The translations under genes were made by a program, and so were the position numbers. 64,000 bases of DNA from Octopus vulgaris. Lineage: Eukaryota. The notes under the pieces were generated by a model. That model searched no databases and was not told the DNA's origin. It was given only the letters and a program-made list of their open reading frames with translations. The stretch spans positions 14,012,001-14,076,000 of the forward strand of contig OX597841.1 in assembly GCA_951406725.2 (NCBI GenBank), in the 5' to 3' direction. Each line of letters begins with the position of its first letter. Position 1 is the first letter of the stretch. Positions 31,252 through 57,404 of the stretch are shown here, one piece after another.

Positions 31252-31769
31252 AACGTATAAATACTTGTCCAACAAACGCACAAGTACTCCAGTACTTTAA
31301 TATATAAGTGTGTGTATATATATATATATATATATATTTGCATATGTATGCTCTCTCTCTTTACTCTCTTTTACTTGTTTGTCATTTGACTGCAGCCATG
31401 CTGGAGCACCATCTTTTAGTCGACCAAATCGACCCCGGGACTTATTCTTTGTAAGCCCAGTATTTATTCTATCGGTCTCTTTTGCCGAACCGCTAAGTGA
31501 TGGGGACGTAAACACACCAGGGGGACAAACACAGACACAAACACACACACACACATACATATATATATACATATATACGATGGGCTTCTTTCAGTTTCCA
31601 TCTACCAAATTCACTCACAAGGCATTGGTCGGCCCGGGGCTATAGCAGAAGACACTTGTCCAAGATGCCACGCAGTGGGACTGAACCCGGAACCATGTGG
31701 TTGGTTAGCAAGCTACTTACCACACAGCCACTCCTGCATGTATAAACCTATGCAAATAGTTATCTATCT

Positions 31770-31815
<46 letters not shown>

Positions 31816-32192
31816 TTGTATATACTGTTTGTTTTTATGTTATAATAAAAATTATTTCAAAATATTATTCAATTTGATTTTCGTATCACAACAGTTAGAA
31901 TGTATTTATACATACATATGTGCAAATGTATATGTATGTTTGTGTGTGTACACACACACACACATATATGCAGCAGTAAAGATGTGTGTTGAAAGAGGCC
32001 CCACCCACCCCCATCGTGTGAGCTCATCTCTGTATGATGGAGTTTGACGAGTCAAAAAGATGAAGAGTCTGGTCTGGTCTTGGTCTGGTTTTATTGATTT
32101 TGGTTTGGTAAGGTCAGCAGAGAGATCAATCCAGGTCATACTGAGGTCGGGTCGGGTCGGGTCGGGTCGGGTCGGGTCAGGACAACTGCGGT

Positions 32193-44258
<12,066 letters not shown>

Positions 44259-44741
44259 CTAATTAGTTTAATTAGTTTGATTAATCAATTTGACTGTCAT
44301 TTGCAATTAATTATATAAAAAAAATTATTTAAAAAATGTTATCATTGGTTTCTGCCAAGAGATATGGCCATGCTGCAGCACTGCGATTGGAAAGTAATCA
44401 TAACACCCACTTAGGGACATTTTAATGGTGATGCCCCAGAATGGCCACAGCCTCTTGCAGAAACCAATATTAGAATAACAGAATATAAAATTGAATACAT
44501 GGTAAGGTTGTTTAGCCCCAGGTCAGTCCTGGTTTAGCAGATCTTTGATCAAAGATGTTCCAGCTGTGACCATCCTAATGCGACCCTTTTCATTATTCCT
44601 TAACCCTTTCATTACCAACCCGGCTGAAACCAGCTCTGGCTCTGTAGTACAAATGTCTTGTTTTCATAAGTTTTGAATTAAATTCTTCCACCAAACCTTA
44701 GTCACCATTTATGTTCCTAACACTAGCTGAATGATAATGAA

Positions 44742-45480
44742 GTTATTTTACTAAATTCTTTGTTATATTTAAAATTATTTGAAAGAAACACAGAGCATCT
44801 CAACAGAAATATGGTACATAACTGGACTTTTTTCAGACTATTCTTTCTTTTGAAGATGGGCCTTTGCCCGAAATATAAAGATTTTATAAAACTCTTTTTA
44901 TCTTCTTTAATATTCCAATGCTTCAAGCAACCTACAACACACACATCCCAAAGTTATTTTACTAAATTCTTTGTTATATTTAAAATTAATTGAAAGAAAC
45001 ACAGAGCATCTCAACAGAAATATGGTACATAACTGGACTTTTCTCGGACTATTCTTTCTTCTGAAGATGGGCCTTTGCCCGAAATATAAAGATTTTATAA
45101 AACTCTCTTTTTATCTTCTTTAATATTCCAATGCTTCAAGCAACCTACAACACACACATCCCAAAGTTATTTTACTAAACTCTTTGTTATATTTAAAATT
45201 AATTGAAAGAAAAACACAGAGCATCTCAACAGAAATATGGTACATAACTGGACTTTTCTCAGACTATTCTTTCTTCTCAAGATGGGCCTTTGCCCGAAAT
45301 ATAAAGATTTTATAAAACTCTCTTTTTATCTTCTTTAATATTCCAATGCTTCAAGCAACCTACAACACACACATCCCAAAGTTATTTTACTAAATTCTTT
45401 GTTATATTTAAAAGTTATTTTATTAAACTCTTTGTTGTATTTAAAATCAATTGAAAGAAACACAGAGCATCTCAAAATAA
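44742..45480. repeat. ~211-215-bp tandem repeat, 3+ units, each with a hammerhead motif
   Basis: Unit = piggyBac-MITE fragment + hammerhead-bearing segment; motifs at 44846, 45057, 45272. Confidence 0.9.
45057..45092 (+). ncRNA. Minimal hammerhead motif in tandem-repeat unit 2
   Basis: UCUU-CUGAAGA-u-GGGC[cuuu]GCCC-GAAA-U-AUA|AAGA; sister copies at 44846-44881 (C3U) and 45272-45307 (G5C). Confidence 0.75.
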
Positions 45481-45767
45481 ATACAGTAGAAACCGTTAAC
45501 CTTGTTCTATAAATACCAAAACCAGAAACCAATCCCTGGGTATTATTCAAAGTTTCAGTGGCACCCATTCACCAACTGTCATTGTTTGTACAAGGCCTTG
45601 GTTTTTGACATGTAATTATGTAAACACAGAAGATGTATAATGGTTTCTATGATCCACACAAACTATTGGAGCAGTGGAGGTGGAAGGGGAATACAGGGAG
45701 TGGCTTCAACAAGGTTGATGATATGCTAGAAATATCAGTCAAATCTCACTTATGTGTGTATGTCAGT

Positions 45768-46416
45768 ATGAGCCAATGAGGGAGACCCCTACATGGTAGG
45801 ATGACCTGGTAGAAATAGCAGCCAAATTTTCCTCAAATCACACCCTACTGTCTTATCTATGTATATATGTATGAGCCAATGAGGGAGACCTCTACATGGT
45901 AGCTTGACCTGGTAGAAATAGCAGCCAAATCTCCCTCAAATCACACCCTACTGTCTTATCTATGTATATATGTATGTATGAGCCAATGAGGGTGACCCCT
46001 ACATGGTAGGATGACATGGTAAAAATAGCAGCCAAATTTTCCTCAGATCACACCCTGCTGTCTTATCTATGTATATATGTATGTATGAGCCAATTAGGGA
46101 GACCTCTACATGGCAGCTAGACCTGGTAGAAATAGCAGCCAAATCTTCCTCAAATCACACCCTACTGTCTTATCTATGTATATATGTATGTATGAGCCAA
46201 TGAGGGAGACCTCTACATGGTAGCTAGACCTGGTAGAAATAGCAGCCAAATCTTCCTCAGATCACACCCTACTCTCTTATCTATGTATGTATGTATGTAT
46301 GTATGAGCCAATGAGGGTGACCCCTACATGGTAGGATGACATGGTAGAAATAGCAGCCAAATCTCCCTCAAATCACACCCTACTGTCTTATCTATGTATG
46401 TATGAGCTAATGAGGG
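45768..46416. repeat. ~103-111-bp tandem repeat, 6 units
   Basis: gagccaatgagggagacctctacatggt...gtagaaatagcagccaaatctccctcaaatcacaccctactgtcttatctatgta. Confidence 0.92.
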
Positions 46417-49400
46417 CACTACTACTACCACTAACAACTACTACCACCACCACCAATATCTCCAGCACACCACTACCACCTACACCACACATCACCAACA
46501 ACAACTACCACCACCACCAGCACCACCACTACCACCTACACTATACATCACCACCAACAACTACCACCACCACCAATATCACCAGCACACCACCATCACT
46601 ACCACCTACACCACACATCACCACCAACAACTACCACCACCACCAATATCACCAGCACACCACCACCACCTACACTACACATCACCACCAACAACTACCA
46701 CCACCACCACCATCACCACCACTACCACCTACACTACACATCACCAACAACAACTACCACTACCACCACTACCACCATCGTGACCACCACACGAACGTCA
46801 ATACCAATCCAATCAATATCAATTGGGTGTTAGACCATTGCTGAATCAACACAGCTGCAAATGTCCTTCGGTAATTTCTGGTGTTTGTCAAAGGAAAGAA
46901 AACATCATTGATCTGTTGGTCAACAACCAAAGTTTATTCCACACTGGTGCCGTCCACTCAGCCGGCGAAAATGAGTTGGACCAGTCTTATCACACACTCT
47001 GTCACGTCGAATCTGAGAACTACGTTAAGGGTACTACACGTGCTAAAGGTTGTGGCCATAAGGGTACTGCCAGGCGGCAAGCTGGCAGAAACGTTAGCAC
47101 GCCAGGCAAAATGCTTAGCGGTATTTTGTCTGCTATTACATTCTGAGTTCAAATTCCGCCGAGGTCGACTTTGCCTTTCATCCTTTCGGGGGGGGGGGGG
47201 TCGATTAAATAAGTACCAGTTACGCACTTGGGTTGATATAATCGACTTAATCCGTTTGTCTCTCCTTGTTTGTCCTCTCTGTATTTAGCCCCTTGTGGGT
47301 AGTAAAGAAATAGGTATTTCGTCGGCCGCTACATTCTGAGTTCAAATTCCACTGAGGTCGACTATGCCTTTCATCCTTTCAGGGTCGATTAATGAATGAC
47401 ATGGAAGCAGTATCTGCCACGACTGCAATTTTACTTGGCTTCATGGATCTTCTTCTCAAGCATGACATAATGCCAAAGATCTCGGTCATTGCCGCCATGA
47501 AGCCAAACCCTGGAAAGGCGCTCAGCCACTTTATACATAAAGTTTCCAGATTCAGGAGAATTAAGTACTGAAACAGTGAACAAACCAGGGTCAGGTTAGT
47601 GATTGTGGTATTGTGTACAAACAGTATTTAAAGACAAATGCGCACTTCATCATCATCATTTAATGTCCGTTTTCCATGCTAGCATGAGTTGGACGGTTTG
47701 ACCAGAGTCTGGGAAGCCAGGTGGCTGCACCAGGCTCCAGTCTGATCTGGCAGTGTTTCTACAGCTGGATGCCCTTCCTAACGCCAACCACTCCATGAGT
47801 GTAGTGGGTGTTTTTTTTACGTGCCACCGGCACAGGGGCCAGAGGAGGCTGGCAAACGTCCACAATCAGTTGGTGCTTTTTACGTGTCACCGACACAGAC
47901 ACCTGTCAGGCGATGCTAGTATCGGTCACGTTCGGATGGTGCTTTTAACGTGTCACCGGCACAGGTGTCACAACTACAATTTCCATTTGATTTTCATTTT
48001 AATATTGGTGTTAACATACTTGACTCAATAGGTCTCCTCAAGAACAGCGGGTCACCCTACGATCCAAGGTTAGCACAGCAGGCTGTCCTGAGAGCCATGA
48101 ACTCACTTCATTTGTCGGGTCTTCACAGTCACAGCATATCTCAGGGGTCTCAGTCTTCGTCATTTCCTCTGTGGGGCCCTACATACCACCAGCACGGGTA
48201 TCACAACTACAATATTCATACGATTTTTTTTTTTTTTTTTTACTTATTAAAGTAAAAACAAATTTGTATTTCAGTTGGGCGTACAATTGCAAACGGTTGA
48301 GTGAATATAGAATGAATCATCAAGATCACCCAGTGATAGACCTGCTGCACTCAACCGAAACAGATTGTATGTCAGGATTATATGAATAATAAAGAAACCA
48401 CAACAAATGTATTGTGGTTCGCTCCTGGCTGTTTCAAATGTGATTTTCATTGGACAAAATTGTTACATCATGCAAAAAACAGCGTGGCCACAGTCCAATG
48501 ACTGAAACAAGTGAAAGAGTAAGAATTAAATATTTTGAACACCTCAAGGACAAGTATAAAGAACCATTTGATTCTTCTGACCTAAATTTGTCCAACGCAC
48601 CTGAAACAGGTGCAGTAAACCACAAAATGCAAGTTATTTGTATGTATATATAGATGTGTGTGTGTGTGTGTGTGAGTGTGTATATGGAAGACCCCCTTCA
48701 GTAATGAATGACCATGGGATTGCACCTAGAAAATTACCCTCCGAGGCACAAGTCCAAGCAAGGTTGTTTAGGGAAGACCAACAGGCGCAGGAGTGGCTGT
48801 GTGGTAAGTAGCTTGCTAACCAGCCACATGGTTCCGGGTTCAGTCCCACTGCGTGGCATCTTGGGCCGACCAAAGCCTTGTGAGTGGATTTGGTAGACGG
48901 AAACTGAAAGAAGCCTGTCGTATATATGTATATATATGTATGCGTGCGTGTATGTTTGTGTGTCTGTGTTTGTCCCCCCAGCATTGATTGACAACCGATG
49001 CTGGTGTGTTTACGTCCCCGTCACTTAGCGGTTCGGCAATAGAGACCGATAGAATAAGTACTGGGCTTACAAAGAATAAGTTCCGGGGTCGATTTGTTCG
49101 ACTAAAGGCGGTGCTCCAGCATGGCCGCAGTCAAATGAGTGAAACAAGTAAAAAAAAAAAAAGAAAAAAAAAGATGATAGTTTGACCAACATCTAATGGC
49201 TACGGAAGGGAAGGGTCCACCAGAATAAAATAATAATCGAAGGGGTCCATGGATAAAAAATGGCTGGGAACCCCTGCCTTATATCTATTTCTTTATTATC
49301 CACAAGGGGCTAAACATAGAGGGGACAAACAAGGACAGACAAACGGATTAAGACGATTATATCGACCCCAGTGCGTAACTGGTACTTAATTTATCGACCA

Positions 49401-49550
49401 CGAAAGGATGAAAGGCAAAGTCGACCTCAGCCCCTACCTTATATCAAAGACCCGTAAGGTTGCGATGGAAACGAAACACCAAGATGACACGAGTGTGAAA
49501 AAAAAGAATTCCACGATTAAATGTAAGATAATCTAATGGCAGATATATGA

Positions 49551-50179
49551 TAGATGGAATGGTCGCGCATGGGACGCTTTTTCTCATAGTTCTGCTCGTT
49601 CCGGGACGAATTGGTAGACGGGGATGGCCATCGAAATGGCTAAGCACGTACCTTTTGTTACAGAGAATATTCCACGAGTACAGGTCCGAAGGAAACCGGT
49701 TGATGTGATCAAAAGACGGCTAGAAATAACAGTCAGCCTCCGACCACCTGTGGGTGAGGGACTAAGGTAGAAATATAAAGTGGGACAGTCACGGACGGAG
49801 TGCTGTAGAGAGCATGACACGTGTCTGGGGCTTTTGCGTGGTCGCTCGGACAGGTAGAAATAGCAGTCAGCTTTCTAAAAGCCGATTGCATCAATACACG
49901 AGCGAAAGATCAATTACGTGTGTGTAAAGAAGATATAAGATGGGATGGGCATGGATGGAACGCTATATGGAACATGCCACGTGTAGGAGGCTTTAGTGTG
50001 GTCAGTAAAAGGCTAGAAATAGATCGGTAGTTAACAGTTTGATTGTATATATATCTATTAGATGACATGGTCATGGATGGGACGCTATATAGTACATACT
50101 ACGTATAGGGATCTTTTATGTGGTCGCAAGAAAGCTAGAAATAACAGTCAGCTTCGATTAAATAAAAAAGATAGATGGA

Positions 50180-50215
<36 letters not shown>

Positions 50216-50625
50216 TGGGATAATCACGGATGGAGCGCTGTATAGAACATGCAATGAGTATGGGTCTTCTACGTGGTCGCTCGAGAAGGCGGAAATAGCA
50301 GTCAACACCCAGCCACCGAAGTAAATGTAAAGAAAGCCGGGCCAAGGATTAACAAGAATTATATTAAGATATGATAGATTGATGGGATGGTCTCGGATGG
50401 AACGCTTTTCCCCGCAGTAGGATGCAATCAGGGGCGAAATGATGAGGGTGTAGATTGTTTAAATAACTAAGGCGGCCTGATGTGGTCGCCGGGGTAAGTA
50501 AAAATAGCAGTCAACACCCCATCGCTTAATTAAATAGGATGTATTTAAGATGAAGGACTAATTAAATACCGACAGCAGTCTTCGGGAGACAATGCTTTGG
50601 AATTACAGACGGGATGGTCACGTTT
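49551..50625 (+). repeat. Diverged array of ~8 units with two conserved boxes and unique spacers
   Basis: Box A (a)gatgggatggtca.ggatgg at ~49551, 49615, 49779, 49938, 50060, 50213, 50381, 50607; box B gtggtcgc...agaaatagcagtca in six units. Confidence 0.75.
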
Positions 50626-51157
50626 GGATTTAGTTTACGTGTAAGATCTGCCTGGACCGAAGCTGCAAGGTTCGACGACAGAAGAAATAAATACGTATTT
50701 AATTAATATTTAGCAGAAATGCAATTAGTACTTCGTAATTAGGATTTTAAATGATTTAAATATTTGGAAAAAGAATCAGTTTTTTCTCATTTACAAATAT
50801 ATATACACACTTTACATGTAGAAACATACATGTACTGTATATATACATACATATATATATATATATACATATTATATATACAATACATGTATGTTTCTAC
50901 ATATATATATATGTATATATATGTATACATATATATACACATATACATACATGCATATACAACACATATACATACACATGTTCCACCAAGTATATGATAT
51001 ATATATATATATAGGTATGTATGTATATAAATGCATATATATATATATATATTATGTGTAATATAGGGGAGTGCGAGCGAGATATAATTACAGACCAGAC
51101 GAATTATAAAAGTAGATATATTAAAAATACATATGCATGTTTAACACACACACATAC

Positions 51158-51227
<70 letters not shown>

Positions 51228-51265
51228 CCATATATATATATATATTCGTATGTGTATACACTCAC

Positions 51266-51900
51266 CTAGATTTTCTTCCCTGTTAGTGTCTTGGTGCGCG
51301 TGTTAACTGAAGTCAAACTTTGTGCATGTGTACATATGTGTATATATATATGTATGTGTGTGTGTATGTGTGTTGTACGTGAGTGTGTGTGTGTGTGTAT
51401 ATATGTATGTGTATGTTTGTTTGTGTTGTGAGCCAAGGCCGAACAATGAAATGAATGCGGCTGTGTGTGTGTAATGTATATGTCCGTGTGTGCGTGCGCG
51501 CGTTGCTGGAGGCTGTGGCCATGCTGGGGCACCGCTACTGGAGCGTGGTTGACACATATATACACACATACATACATACATACATACTTATATAAACACT
51601 ATCAAATATATACACACACATATATATATATATATATATTTATATACATATACATGCATGTTTTATTATTATTTTTTTTATTTATTATTATTTTTTTTTA
51701 TTTATTTATTCGTTGGACTTTGACCCTATTGTGTAGGGGGCGGGTCTGGGGTCGCCGGGTATCAATCCGAGTATACGTGACTCGGAACTTTATTTCGGTG
51801 CTAACGTATTTTCGCCCTTCACCGCTCTTCCATCGTTGCTTCACTCCTTTAAATCCCTTTCGGTATCCCTTAATCCCTTCTTCCTTCACTTGAGTTATTT
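51266..51900 (-). promoter_or_regulatory. Candidate GALE promoter / non-coding first exon
   Basis: Minus-strand donor CTAG|GTGAGT at 51266/51265, CpG-rich sequence and GC box (ggggcggg ~51737) upstream; GALE ATG exon needs an upstream exon. Confidence 0.45.
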
Positions 51901-52607
51901 ATAACAATCTCCCTCTCCCTCTCTCTCTCTCTCCCTAGAATTATTTGCGTAGATTAAGAACATTGGAACTTGATACTTTGGCCTTATCCTCTGCTTTTAA
52001 AGATAACGTCTAAATGAAATTATAGAAGGAATATCTACAGAATAGAGCCCCACTGACTATATGAGCGTAACTACAGATTGGGGCCCCAGTCTTCGATTTT
52101 TCTTTTTTTAATATTGTATCGAGAAAAAAAGTAGCGAGCTAACAAGAATCGGCGATCTTTCGGTACAAGTACCATAACTGCCAATTATAAACCCATGTGG
52201 GTTTATTTACATTTCTGAAGAAAAAAGAAACCCTTTTTTTATATATCTGTGGGGAAGGGTATGTTTGCTGTATACTCTTTTACTCTTTTACTTGTTTCAG
52301 TCATTTGACTGCGGCCATGCTGGAGCACCACCTTTAGTCGAGCAAATCGACACCGGGACTTATTCTTTGTAAGCCCAGTACTTATTCTATCGGTCTCTTT
52401 TGCCGAACCGCTAAGTGACGGGGACGTAAACACACCAGCATCGGTTGTCAAGCAATGCTAGGGGGACAAACACAGACACACACACGTACACATACATATA
52501 TACATATATACGACAGGCTTCTTTCAGTTTCCGTCTACCAAATCCACTCACACGGCATTGGTCGGCCCGGGGCTATAGCAGAAGACACTTGCCCAAGATG
52601 CCACGCA

Positions 52608-52645
<38 letters not shown>

Positions 52646-53103
52646 AGCTGAATGACAAATGGAAATGGTTGATGTGTGGAGGCGTTGTCTCCTGTCTGCT
52701 AGCTGATGTGTAGTGTCAGAGAGCCGACCAGATTATGTCTTTACGGTCTGACGTCTTGGCAAGAAAAGAGAAAGTTGTAAGGTCTCATGTCAGAATCTCA
52801 CGCTCTAGTGCCATCCGAACTCTGAGTAATCTTGAAAGTGCACAGAACAGACAAGCTTCAAATTGGCATCCACGATCAGTAGTAATTCCAGAGGGCATGC
52901 CGAAGTGAGATCTCCACCTAGAGATGAGTGCTCTGGCAAGTGTTCCCACAGAAATGTCCACAAGAGGGACATTATTCAGGGACCTTTTGAGTGGGATAGG
53001 CTACTCGACCTGAGGAAAATTCTAACTGGGCCCCACCTGCAAGGCCATGCACTGTTTATCTTGATATGAGTTCACCTTGTCACGCACATATGGTTGTGAT
53101 GCA

Positions 53104-53389
53104 CCTGTGTCATCTCTTGTGAAAGGTAGGAGAGTCCAGTTTGCTGGACATTGTTGTAGAGCTGAAAAAGAGGTAATTTCTACTCTTCTTCTCCTCTGGA
53201 AGCCATCTGGAAGCCATCTACTCGCAATACCAGAGGGCGCACACTCTCCTACCCTGATGTAATCTCCAGGGATACAGGCATCACAGCATCAAGCAACAGG
53301 ACCTCCATAATGCCATGATGGACCGTGTGGTCTGGCATAACATAGTAAATTCCATTGTCTCGACCACGCTCGAACAATGATGATGATGA
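53104..53389 (+). mobile_element. 5'-truncated RTE-like LINE nested in another repeat
   Basis: SSLVKGRRVQFAGHCCRAEKEVIS...AMMDRVVW, (TGA)n tail, TSD tgtgatgca at 53095-53103 and 53390-53398. Confidence 0.75.
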
Positions 53390-56300
53390 TGTGATGCATG
53401 TGCCAGGTGACCCCTTATCAGACGGGTAGTCATGATGGGTATACTGGGCTTCATATATTTGTACCCCAGTGTCACTTTGATGGCATGCAAGGCTCTCTCA
53501 CTCAATAACAACAACAACAACAATAACAATAATAATTTTTTTATTGGCCAGAAAATTCCCCACAAGATTCCGGGGAGAGTAATAGAGGGATGTAAACCAA
53601 CCCAGTGCAGGGTTTTTCTTTTTTTTTTTAGATTGAGTGAAAAGAAGGTAAAAAAAAAAAAAGAAAAAAATCAACAAAAAACAATAGATATAACAATAAA
53701 ATATCAACAAAGAAATGGTACTGAATCAAGGCAAGAGGGGGACCCTACCCCCTCCTCCAACATAATTTGGAGTCTCCCACTCCATCCCCAACCCCCCTGA
53801 ATTTGCTCTGCTGTACCAAAGAATTCGAATCGCTCTCACCGTTTCCCTTACTTTTTGTCTCCCTTAAGTGTGGTTGCGTAGCTAAGGAATTTGCTTTGTG
53901 ACCAAATGATGCTGGGTTCAGTTCCACTGCACGGCATCTTCGGCAAGTGTCTTCTACAATTAGCCCTGGTTCAAATAAGCCTTGAAAGTGGATTTGGTAG
54001 ATGGAAACTGAAAGAAGCCCATCATACATATATAAATATATATTGTGGCGCTTCGTGGGTTACTACAAAAAGGGCCCCAGTTGATCTGATCAATGGAACA
54101 GCCTGCTCGTGAAATTAACGTGCAAGTGGCTGAGTATTCCAGAGACATGTGTACCCTTAACGTAGTCCTTGGGGAGAGTCAGCATGACAGAGAGTGTGAC
54201 AAGGCTGGCCCCTTTGAAATACAGGGACAACAGAAACAGGAAGAAAGAGTGAGAGAAAATTGTGGTGAAAGAATACAACAGGGGTCGTCACCAACCCCTG
54301 CCGGAGCCTCGTGGAGCGTTTAGGTGTTTGTGCTCAATAAACACACACAATGCCCGGTCTGGGAATCGAAACCGCGATCCTCCGACTGCGAGTCCGCTGC
54401 CTTAACCACTGGGCCATTGCACCTCCACTGTGCATGTGTATATGTGTGTGCATATTCTTTTATATATGTTTATGCTTCTGTAGATGTACTTCTATGTATG
54501 TGTGAGTATGTTTTTGGTTTACTCCAGGCCAATGTGTAGGTAAGTATATTTAAGGTGTACTGAATCGGTTAAAATTCTCGTAAGTTCAATTTCTTTCTGT
54601 GATGTTTTTGTGATGTTGTTCACGCCACAACTTTACTGTAGTTGATTGCTATTTCTCCGTTCCACCTATCCTACCCTTCATCTGATTGCTTCGTTCTCCA
54701 TTACCTGTCTATAGAATTACTTTGGCTAAAAATTCATTTATATTATTTGCTTATATTTTTATACCAACCACATGGCTTCGGGTTCAGTCCCACTGTGTGG
54801 CACCTTGGGCAAGTGTCTTCTACTATAGCCCCGGGCCGACCAAAGCCTTGTGAGTGGATTTGGTAGACGGAAACTGAAAGAAGCCCGTCGTATATATGTA
54901 TATATATATGTGTGTGTATGTGTTTGTGTCTGTGTTTGTCCACCTAGCATTGCTTGACAACCGATGCTGGTGTGTTTACGTCCCCGTCACTTAGCGGTTC
55001 AGCAAAAGAGACCGATAGAATAAGTACTGGCGGTGCTCCAGCATGGCCGCAGTCAAATGACTGAAACAAGTAAAAGAGTATATCCATTTACACTATTTAT
55101 TTTTTATATTATCTATTTTACCATCACTTCTTATTTCTTCTTGTTTCTAAAAATAGTTGATTGCTTAAATTTATATCTATCACTCTAATTTAATTAATAT
55201 GAAGCAATATACCTTTATTTTTACTGACCAAATCAATTTTATTTTGAGCAGTTTCGGTCTTTCATATATATATTAAGAGGAAATTTTGTGTGTACATTTA
55301 GAGTTGAATTATTGGAGTAACCATGATGTCCTGGTGAATTGATGAGCTACATTTCTTTATTTGTATTAATCTGTGAATATACATTTGTACTGCATAATGC
55401 AGAGCATTATTTCATCCTAAAAATTAATACTACATGAAAAGTTGTGAAACAGCTGTAATCCTATTGAAGTCAAGTGGTTAAATACGTATTGACCTCTGAC
55501 TGTATGCTTTTATATACTCTTCATGAAATAATTTCATTGCTCAGATTTTCTGGATTTACTTAATCAACCCCGAAAGGATGAAAGGCAAAGTCGACCTGGG
55601 TGGAATTTGAACTCAGAATGTAACAGCAGACGAAAAACTGTTAAACATTTTGCCCAGTATGCTAACAATTCTGCCAGCTCGCTGCCTTAAAAAAAAGAAA
55701 ATTAAGAAAAAATATCGCCTTTTCTTAAGAGTAAAACATTGATCTTGGCTGGGTTTGAACTTGCAACGTAAAGAACCAAAGGCTGCTTCCCCCACTGAAT
55801 TTCAGGTACAACTCATTCTCACCAGCTGAATGGAGTGGAGTAATGTGAAATAAAGTACCTTGCCCAAAGATACAATGTGCCTCCAGGAATTGAACTCATG
55901 GCCTTATGATCATGAGGCAAGTACCTTAACCACTCAGCCACAGAGCCCTGTTTAAAGCAACAGTTGATACTTTTTAGCAAGGCATTGTCTACATAACAGA
56001 AGGGGTTTAGACTTGATTAGACGGGTCCTGTTATTGAAGTATTATTTTATTTCACTGACCCCTGGGTGGACGAAGGCAATGTTAACCTTGGTAGGATATG
56101 AACTTGAAATGTAAACAACCGAAATAAATAACACAAGTTGTTTTTGCTTGATGCTCAACCGCTTTTTTTTTGTAACCTATGACCTTGAGAATTATAGTTA
56201 TTATGATGATGATGATGTGTTTTTGAAAGGGTTTTAGAAAATGGGAGAAATTGGAGAAAAGAAAAGAAAAAGGGATAAGTTTTACAGATTTGGAAGAACC

Positions 56301-56720
56301 TTGAAAAAAAAATGTGCTTGAGTATAAAGTGTGCAAATATTAAAGAAGTCTTTCCCCTCCATCTCTGTCACACCCAAATCATGCATGCTTTTGTTCTTTT
56401 ATACATTGTAGCCCTAAGGCTGTAGCCATGCTGGAGCACCACCAGTGAAAATTGGGTAAATGGCATATATGACAGATTTCAGGAATTTTAGCTCCTTCAT
56501 CAGCACCCATCTAATATATATACAGCCATATGTTTGTCTGCAAGTGATGAATTGAAACAATTGTAGGTCCTATCTTGTCAATGTTAATAAACTTTTATTA
56601 ATCTTATCTCCAACTTCTCTCTTGTTTTGTATAATATCAATAATAGTATATATGTATGTGTCTGCTTTGTTAGGCTTTCAACCAGTCTAATCTCCGAGTT
56701 TCACAGCTTCACTTGTACTT

Positions 56721-56758
<38 letters not shown>

Positions 56759-57014
56759 ATTGAATGTACACATTACAGTTATGAGCTGCTAATAGTAACA
56801 TGCTTTGGAGATGTAATCTAGGCCAGTTATAATGGCATACATTGTGTCTCCAATCAGTCTTCTGGTTCTGAGCACATGGACTATACAATTTACAAATCAG
56901 GATGCTAGGACAAAGGAAATTATGACAAAAAACAAGAAAAAGGTGAATACAAATAGTGGGAGGATGAAACAACAGAAGAAAAGAAAAAAGAAAAATAGTG
57001 TTATGCTCTTTTGT

Positions 57015-57059
<45 letters not shown>

Positions 57060-57272
57060 TGTGTGTATGTATATATATACATATATTCCAAAGGAAAACG
57101 ATTTTCCATGGCTTTATCAATCGCATTCTCACCTGGAATCGATTTTTGTAATTTTTCCAAGACTTATACACGCCCTGATACCGTCGGTATATACATACCA
57201 AATTTGAACGCAATTGGATGAAGGATGCCCAAGATCTTAGAAGACAGACACACAGACAGACAGAATGGATTT

Positions 57273-57309
<37 letters not shown>

Positions 57310-57404
57310 GGGAAGGTTTACGAAAATAAACAAAAGACGAAGGCAGGTGGTGTACAAACAAACAAATGTATTTGTATGGCGCTCAGGAATAGAAATAGAA
57401 CAAG

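Noticed and set aside
30268-31300. Long ORFs (250-330 aa) rich in Y/I/H/M/C/V, and similar ones throughout
   Set aside because: Translations of TA/CA/TG microsatellites, open on both strands
49551-50625. CRISPR array or sgRNA-scaffold similarity (GCTAGAAATAGC)
   Set aside because: Eukaryotic context, repeats too diverged, irregular spacing, no cas genes; the match is only a GAAA-tetraloop hairpin
52212-52232. CTGAAGA...GAAAC hammerhead-like core
   Set aside because: No stem II or stem I pairing
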